Positions 21,657-27,430 of a stretch of DNA of 27,430 nt are shown in pieces. The stretch lies in the IMG/VR virus record IMGVR_UViG_3300042565_000430, positions 1-27,430 of that record. One strand, 5' to 3'. The stretch's first letter is position 1; each line of letters begins with the position of its first letter. Source of the DNA: a virus (lineage: Duplodnaviria; Caudoviricetes). The position numbers and the translations under genes are program-made. The notes beneath the pieces are model-generated. The model was not told where the DNA came from and did no database searches. It saw only the letters and a list, made by a program, of their open reading frames with translations.

Positions 21657-23873
21657 ATGATTGAAAACATTACCGACAATTTATCCACCGACATTGCAGC
21701 CCAGACCCCGATGGACGATGCGGAACTGCAAGCGATCATCACGCAAGATCTGACTGATGCCATCAGCTATGTGGACAGCGACCTGTCGCCAACCCGTGCG
21801 CGGGGGACTGAGTACTACCGAGGCGACCTGTTCGGCAACGAGGTCGAGGGCAACAGCAAGGTGGTGGCGATGGAGGTGCGCGACACTGTAAGCGCCATGC
21901 TGCCCAGCCTGATGAAGGTCTTTTTCTCCAGCGAGAATGTGGTTGAGTTTGTGCCTCGGGGGCCAGAGGATGTGAAGTCTGCGCAGCAGGCCACCGATTA
22001 TGTAAATTACATTTTCCAAAACGACAACAGCGGATTCTTGACTACCTACGCCATTTTCAAGGATGCGCTGGTCAGGAAGTGCGGCATTGCCAAGTTTTAC
22101 TGGACTGATGACGAGAAAGTCAAGATTGACGATTACACCGGCTTGGATGAGCAGACCCTGCAAATGGTGATGCAAGAGCCTGATGCGCAAGTCAAGATTG
22201 TGGTTTCCTACCCAGACCCAGATATTGACGAGATGCAGATGACCACCATTGACCCAATGACGGGTCAGCCGGTGACGATGCCAGCGCCAATGCTGCACGA
22301 TGTGCAAGTCAAGCGCGTTACCAAGGATGGCCGCATCACTGTGATGGCCGTGCCGCCAGAGGAGTTGCTGCTTGACAGACGCGCTCGGTCTTTTGATGAC
22401 GCCACCATCATTGCCCACCGGCAGATGGCCACAGTGGCTGACCTGCTGGCGATGGGCTATGACCAAGAAGAGATTGACGAAAATATCTCCAGCAGCGACT
22501 TGGACAGCAATGACGAGTATCTGGCGCGGCAGCCGCTATCCACCACCTTTGGCATAAATGACGCAGCCAACCCGATGATGCAGCGGGTGCTGTACATCGA
22601 GGCATATTCACGGGTTGACTATGACGGCGATGGCCTTCCAGAGTTGCGCAAGGTCTGTTGCATGGGCAGTGGCTACAAGGTGGTGCGCAACCTGCCGGCC
22701 AGCTACATCCCGTTTGCTGACTTTCCCTGCGACCCAGAGCCGCACACCAGCCCATTGGAAGCGATGTCGATTTTCGACATCACGCATGACTTGCAAGAGA
22801 TCAAATCGGAGATCCTGCGCAATACGCTGGACAGTCTGGCGCAGTCGATCCACCCCCGCACGGCGGTGGTTGAAGGCCAAGTCAACATTGACGATGTGCT
22901 GAACAACGAAACCGGCGCGATTATCCGTATGCGTGCGCCTGGGATGGTTCAGCCTCTGTCCACCCCATTTGTGGGTCAGGCTGCATTTCCAATGTTGGAG
23001 TACATGGATCAGATCCGCGAAGACCGCACCGGCATGAGCAAGGCGGCGATGGGTCTGAACGCTGACGCATTGCAGTCAAGCACCAAGGCGGCAGTGGCCG
23101 CCACAGTGTCAGCCAGCCAGAGCCGGATTGAATTGACGGCACGCATTCTGGCCGAGGGCATGAAGAAGCTGTTTAAGGGCATTTTGTTCTTGGTGGTCAC
23201 TCACCAAGACAAGGCTCGGATCGTGCGTATGCGCAACGAGTTTGTGACGATTGACCCAAGCCACTGGGAAACCAGCATGGACGCAAGCATCAACATCGGT
23301 CTGGGCAACGGCGATACCAACGAGCGTTTGCAAGGTCTGATGATGATCATGGCCAAGCAAGAGCAGATATTGCAGCAGCTTGGCACTCAAAATCCATTGG
23401 TCACCCCGCAGCAGTTTTCTAATACCTTGCGCAAGATCGTGGAGTTGTCTGGGTTCAAGGATGCGTCCAGCTACTTTCAGGACATCCCTGCCGACTATGT
23501 GCCGCCAGCGCCACCAGCGCCCAAGGCTACGCCAGAAGAGTTGCTGGCACAGGTGCAGGCCGAGTCCATCAAAGCCGACATCCAAAAGAAGGCGGCAGAA
23601 TTGGAGCTAAAGCGCCAGCAAATGATGATGGATGACGATTTGAAGCGCGATCAGATGGCCCAAGATCTGTACCTCAAAAAGTATGAAATTGAGTTAAAGT
23701 ACAACTCACAGATCAATACGGCTGAGATCGATGCGGCTCAGAATATTGATCGTGAAGCAATTCGTCAGCAGGCGGCACTGGCCCAGCAGCAGGCGGCTCA
23801 GTTTATTGAGCAGCAGCAGCCACCGATGCAGCCGATGATGAATCCATCAACCTTTAATGGAATGGCACAGTAA
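21657..23873 (+). CDS. Portal protein (P22-like), 738 aa
   Basis: Size, position between terL and scaffold, EYYRG / KDALVRKCGIAK / EDRTG motifs, Q-rich coiled-coil C-terminus. Confidence 0.9.
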   Translation: MIENITDNLSTDIAAQTPMDDAELQAIITQDLTDAISYVDSDLSPTRARGTEYYRGDLFGNEVEGNSKVVAMEVRDTVSAMLPSLMKVFFSSENVVEFVPRGPEDVKSAQQATDYVNYIFQNDNSGFLTTYAIFKDALVRKCGIAKFYWTDDEKVKIDDYTGLDEQTLQMVMQEPDAQVKIVVSYPDPDIDEMQMTTIDPMTGQPVTMPAPMLHDVQVKRVTKDGRITVMAVPPEELLLDRRARSFDDATIIAHRQMATVADLLAMGYDQEEIDENISSSDLDSNDEYLARQPLSTTFGINDAANPMMQRVLYIEAYSRVDYDGDGLPELRKVCCMGSGYKVVRNLPASYIPFADFPCDPEPHTSPLEAMSIFDITHDLQEIKSEILRNTLDSLAQSIHPRTAVVEGQVNIDDVLNNETGAIIRMRAPGMVQPLSTPFVGQAAFPMLEYMDQIREDRTGMSKAAMGLNADALQSSTKAAVAATVSASQSRIELTARILAEGMKKLFKGILFLVVTHQDKARIVRMRNEFVTIDPSHWETSMDASINIGLGNGDTNERLQGLMMIMAKQEQILQQLGTQNPLVTPQQFSNTLRKIVELSGFKDASSYFQDIPADYVPPAPPAPKATPEELLAQVQAESIKADIQKKAAELELKRQQMMMDDDLKRDQMAQDLYLKKYEIELKYNSQINTAEIDAAQNIDREAIRQQAALAQQQAAQFIEQQQPPMQPMMNPSTFNGMAQ

Positions 23874-24137
23874 GTGACAAATGAAGACCAGGTAAACAAG
23901 GGCCGAAAGGCCAAGCAGTTGCTTGAGGACGAAACCCTCAACACTGCGATTGCAAAATTGGAGAATGACCAACTTTGGGTATTTCGATCATCGAAACCTG
24001 AAGAGTCTGTGAAGAGGGAGACAGCGTGGTGCATGTTGCAGGCCATTGATGGCTTGAAGCAAGAGTTGACCAAAATAATGGACAACGGAAAGATTGCACA
24101 GAGCGCTATCACTAAATCACAGAAAAATCTAATTTAA
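23874..24137 (+). CDS. Conserved small helical protein between portal and scaffold, 87 aa
   Basis: GTG immediately after the portal stop; AKQLLE...KRETAW pattern. Confidence 0.75.
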   Translation: MTNEDQVNKGRKAKQLLEDETLNTAIAKLENDQLWVFRSSKPEESVKRETAWCMLQAIDGLKQELTKIMDNGKIAQSAITKSQKNLI

Positions 24138-24146
24138 GAAAATACT

Positions 24147-25127
24147 ATGGCAGAAATACAAGCAATGAATGTGGTCGAGGCGACCAGTGCAATCTCAGCA
24201 ATGTTGGCCCCTGAAGAAGGACAAGCGCAAGTTGGTGAGACGCAGTCAGCCGAAGAGTCCGAAGAGGACTTAGAGGCAGCGGCTTCTGAGGATGATGAGT
24301 CTGGTGTGGAAGACGCGCCAGATGAAGAAACCTCAGAGGAACAGTCTGGAGAAGAGGAAGAGCAAGAGGAGCAAGAACAGCCACAGACTTTCACCGTCAA
24401 GATTGACGGTAAGGAAGTCGCTGTGACGCTGGACGAACTCCAAAAAGGCTATTCAAGGACTCAGGACTACACCCGAAAAACGCAGCAGATTGCCGAGGTG
24501 CGAAAGCAAGTCGAGGCAGAGACGCAGGCAGTTCGGGCCGAGCGTGGACAGTACGCTCAATTGTTGGGAGCATTGCAAGCCCAGCTTCAGTCTTCAGAGC
24601 CGCAGGTCGATTTGGATCGTCTTTATAACGAAGACCCAATCGAGTGGGTGCGGCAAAAAGAGGTTTTGCGGGATCGACAGGACAAGGCACACGCTATTCA
24701 GGCCGAGCAGCAGCGCCTTTACCAGTTGAGTCAGCAAGAGCAGCAGCAGTCTATGCAGCAGCATCTGGAAAGCCAGAAAGATGCGCTGTTGGCGGCACTG
24801 CCAGAGTGGAAAGACGCAAAGAAAGCAAAGCTAGAAAAAGCGATGCTGATTGAGTCTGCCAAGTCTGCCGGTTTTTCTGATGAAGACTTGAAGAGTGTTT
24901 ACGATCACCGGCTGGTCTTACTGCTGCGTAAAGCAGCGCTGTTTGACCAGATGGTAAGTAAGCGTCAAGGCATCAAGCCTGTGGTGAACAATGGCCCACG
25001 ACCAGCCAAGCCAGGAGCAGCGGGTCGGGTTTCGACAACAAGTGAGGCAGTCCGTGCAAAGCAGCGTCTTGCAAAAACGGGTCGCATCGATGATGCGGCT
25101 GATGCAATTTACAAACTTTTAGGATGA
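24147..25127 (+). CDS. Capsid scaffolding protein, 326 aa
   Basis: Acidic N-terminus, TVKIDGKEVAVTLDELQKGYSRTQDYTRKTQ, coiled coil, directly upstream of the capsid gene. Confidence 0.88.
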   Translation: MAEIQAMNVVEATSAISAMLAPEEGQAQVGETQSAEESEEDLEAAASEDDESGVEDAPDEETSEEQSGEEEEQEEQEQPQTFTVKIDGKEVAVTLDELQKGYSRTQDYTRKTQQIAEVRKQVEAETQAVRAERGQYAQLLGALQAQLQSSEPQVDLDRLYNEDPIEWVRQKEVLRDRQDKAHAIQAEQQRLYQLSQQEQQQSMQQHLESQKDALLAALPEWKDAKKAKLEKAMLIESAKSAGFSDEDLKSVYDHRLVLLLRKAALFDQMVSKRQGIKPVVNNGPRPAKPGAAGRVSTTSEAVRAKQRLAKTGRIDDAADAIYKLLG

Positions 25128-25133
25128 TCCATC

Positions 25134-26099
25134 ATGACAATCGTAGCAAACACCTTCACCACATACTCTGCAAAAGGTATTCGTGAAGATCTCAGCAATG
25201 TGATTACCAACATTGCGCCTGAAGAAACGCCTTTTATGTCCAACATTGGCCGCGAAAGTGTGACCAATACTCTGTTTGAATACCAGACAGATACACTGGC
25301 CGCAGCCGCTGCCAATGCCCAGCTTGAGGGTGATGATGTCGGTACTTTTGACGCCGTGGTTCCTACCGTGCGCGTGCAGAACTACTGCCAGATCAGCCGC
25401 AAGACTATTGTCTTGTCAGCTACTGAAGAAGTAGTAAATAAGGCAGGCAGACGCTCTGAACTAGCATACCAAATAGCTAAAAGGGGTTCGGAGCTAAAGC
25501 GTGACCAAGAATTCATCATGCTGTCCAACACTGGTGCAGTTGCTGGTGACTCAACCACAGCGCGGAAGACGGGTTCTTTGACGGCCTTCTTGAAGACCAA
25601 CATTGACTTTGACACCACCAACGGTGCTAACCCGACTTACACCACGCTGCCAGCCGCTGGCCGTACCGATGGCACTGTGCGTACCTTCACTGAAACCATT
25701 CTCAAGAATGTGATTCAGAAGGTGTGGACTGCTGGCGGTACACCAAAAATCCTGATGGTTGGCCCTGTCAACAAGCAGCGCGTTTCTGGCTTTGCTGGTA
25801 TCGCATCCAGCCGCTTCAACATTGACGGCGGTGCAAAGCCTGCCACATTGATCGGTGCAGTTGACATTTATGTCAGCGACTTCGGCAATGTGTCTGTGAT
25901 TGCAAACCGCTTCCAGCGTGAGCGTGATGCGTTTGTGCTTGACCCTGACTACGCAAAGATGACTGTGCTGCGTCCTTACCAGCAAGTCGAACTGGCCAAA
26001 ACAGGCGATGCCGACAAGCGCATGCTGCTGGTTGAGTACGGCCTGAAAATCTTGGCAGAAAACGCTCACGGCTTGGCCGCTGACTTGGTTACTTCTTAA
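25134..26099 (+). CDS. Major capsid protein (DUF5309/SU10-like), 321 aa
   Basis: GIREDLSNVITNIAPEETPF, NYCQI, ELKRDQE, YVSDFG, LAKTGD motifs; followed by a terminator. Confidence 0.92.
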   Translation: MTIVANTFTTYSAKGIREDLSNVITNIAPEETPFMSNIGRESVTNTLFEYQTDTLAAAAANAQLEGDDVGTFDAVVPTVRVQNYCQISRKTIVLSATEEVVNKAGRRSELAYQIAKRGSELKRDQEFIMLSNTGAVAGDSTTARKTGSLTAFLKTNIDFDTTNGANPTYTTLPAAGRTDGTVRTFTETILKNVIQKVWTAGGTPKILMVGPVNKQRVSGFAGIASSRFNIDGGAKPATLIGAVDIYVSDFGNVSVIANRFQRERDAFVLDPDYAKMTVLRPYQQVELAKTGDADKRMLLVEYGLKILAENAHGLAADLVTS

Positions 26100-26113
26100 C
26101 AGTAAGCAACGGG

Positions 26114-26141
26114 AAGGGCCAGAGAAATCTGGCCCTTTTTT
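26114..26141 (+). terminator. Intrinsic terminator after the capsid gene
   Basis: AAGGGCCAGA-GAAA-TCTGGCCCTT followed by TTTT. Confidence 0.9.
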
Positions 26142-26143
26142 AA

Positions 26144-26461
26144 ATGATTCACAAAAGACTATTTAGCGAAAACAAAGATCAGGGTATCACCCGCTACTGG
26201 CATGAGAATGCTGAAACTGGCGATGTGACCATTGAGACTGCGCAAGATGTGACTGCGGTCATTGAGGCCAACAAGGCCATCTACAACGCTATGGACGGCA
26301 AGGCCAACTGGAATGGCGAATGGCACTTGGTGGCATCCATCCCTGAAGCGCTTTATTACAAGATGAAGGCCGAGGGCAAGATCGATGATCAGGAGTACAT
26401 GAAGCGCTGGCTCAACGATTCCGACAATCAATTTTTTAGAACACGACCTGGGAAAGTATGA
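26144..26461 (+). CDS. Conserved phage hypothetical protein, 105 aa
   Basis: QDVTAVIEANK...VASIP...WLNDSDNQFFRT; typical gene after this capsid type. Confidence 0.8.
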   Translation: MIHKRLFSENKDQGITRYWHENAETGDVTIETAQDVTAVIEANKAIYNAMDGKANWNGEWHLVASIPEALYYKMKAEGKIDDQEYMKRWLNDSDNQFFRTRPGKV

Positions 26462-27102
26462 ACTACATTGCGGTCTGCACTCCAGCACGGGACATGGTTC
26501 ACACCATGTACAGCTACGACTTGGTGAACATGGTTGCGTATCACACGCTCAACACCAATGACGCTGTAAGCCTAAAAATCTCTCAAGGCACTTTGATTGC
26601 CAACCAGAGAGCAGAGTTGTCACTGGATGCAATGGCCGAGGATTGCAGCCACATCCTGTTCATTGACTCTGACATGCGGTTTCCGCAAGACATGATCGGG
26701 CGGCTGCTTAAGCATGACCTTGACATCGTGGCGACCAACTGCGCACGGCGTAGAATGCCCACTGGCCCAACAGCGCAACTGTACAAAGAGAACGGCGACA
26801 GGGAACTGGTCTGGACAATGCCAGAGTCCACCGGCCTGCAAGAAGTTGGGTCTGTGGGAATGGGTGTGATGCTGATCAAAAAAAATGTCTTTGCGGCACT
26901 GTCTGAGCCTTGGTTTGAAACGCCTTGGCGCGTGGACAAAAGGGGCTACATTGGTGAGGATGTTTTTTTCTGCCAAAAAGCAGCGGCAGCAGGCTTTAAA
27001 ATATGGATTGATCACGATGTCTCCAAAGAGATTGGACACATCGGGACTTTTGAATTCAAGCACGATCACACTTGGGTGATGAAAGAAATAGAGGCAGTCT
27101 GA
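26458..27102 (+). CDS. GT-A fold (GT2-like) glycosyltransferase, 214 aa
   Basis: IAVCTP, LIANQR, HILFIDSDM (DxD), VGMGVMLI, GEDVFFC, IGHIG. Confidence 0.85.
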   Translation: MNYIAVCTPARDMVHTMYSYDLVNMVAYHTLNTNDAVSLKISQGTLIANQRAELSLDAMAEDCSHILFIDSDMRFPQDMIGRLLKHDLDIVATNCARRRMPTGPTAQLYKENGDRELVWTMPESTGLQEVGSVGMGVMLIKKNVFAALSEPWFETPWRVDKRGYIGEDVFFCQKAAAAGFKIWIDHDVSKEIGHIGTFEFKHDHTWVMKEIEAV

Positions 27103-27430
27103 TGGCTCTGACAACCTACACCGAATTGAAGGCATCCATTGCAGACTGGCTCAATCGGTCAGACCTGACGGCGGCTATCCCCGATTTCATCTCTCTGGCC
27201 GAGGCGCAGATGGAACGCACCCTGCGCACGAGGCAGATGATTGTCAGGGCCAATGCGTCATTCAATGCTGAGTATGGCGCAACGCCCAATGACTTTTTGG
27301 AAGTCAAGTCTTTCAAGCTCACCGGAACAAATCCACCAACACCCCTGTCGTTTATGACTGTAGACGCGCTGGATGCTGAATCAACAAAATTCACAGCCAG
27401 CGGCAGGCCAAGTTTTTTTGGCGTGGTCGG
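27102..27430 (+). CDS. Head-tail adaptor protein; 3' truncated by the window
   Basis: MALTTYTELKASIADWLNRSDLTAAIPDFISLAEAQMERTLR...; TGATG overlap, GAGG RBS, open to the window end. Confidence 0.8.
   Translation, partial: MALTTYTELKASIADWLNRSDLTAAIPDFISLAEAQMERTLRTRQMIVRANASFNAEYGATPNDFLEVKSFKLTGTNPPTPLSFMTVDALDAESTKFTASGRPSFFGVV

Noticed and set aside
23760-24780. CAG/GAA-rich repeats in the portal tail and scaffold
   Set aside because: Explained by Gln- and Glu-rich low-complexity protein sequence.

Overview
The window is about 27 kb of a tailed dsDNA phage genome with podovirus-like gene content: P22-like portal, DUF5309/SU10-type major capsid protein and ejection proteins. No host genes are visible; a proteobacterial host is a guess from promoter and protein style. 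Order: ejection/DNA-transfer genes (1-4660, +); a leftward early operon ending in a DUF3293 gene that resembles phage SAM lyases (4619-5919, -); two small regulators and a DUF2815 SSB; a replication module (SNF2 helicase, DUF2800 nuclease, AEP primase-PriCT2-helicase, candidate origin with DnaA boxes, VRR-NUC); terS; a 3.9 kb block between terS and terL holding a serine recombinase and about 13 mostly overlapping small ORFs; then terL and the head operon, which carries two GT2-like glycosyltransferases. The most interesting signals are: (1) a plasmid-style antisense RNA plus leader-peptide control unit on the primase-helicase; (2) a candidate virion-glycosylation module; (3) a SAM-lyase-like gene overlapping tail-to-tail with an ejected effector-like gene; (4) a loop-E-containing structured RNA; (5) a stand-alone Hin-like DNA-binding protein near the recombinase. 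All family assignments come from motif recognition by eye; no searches were run.
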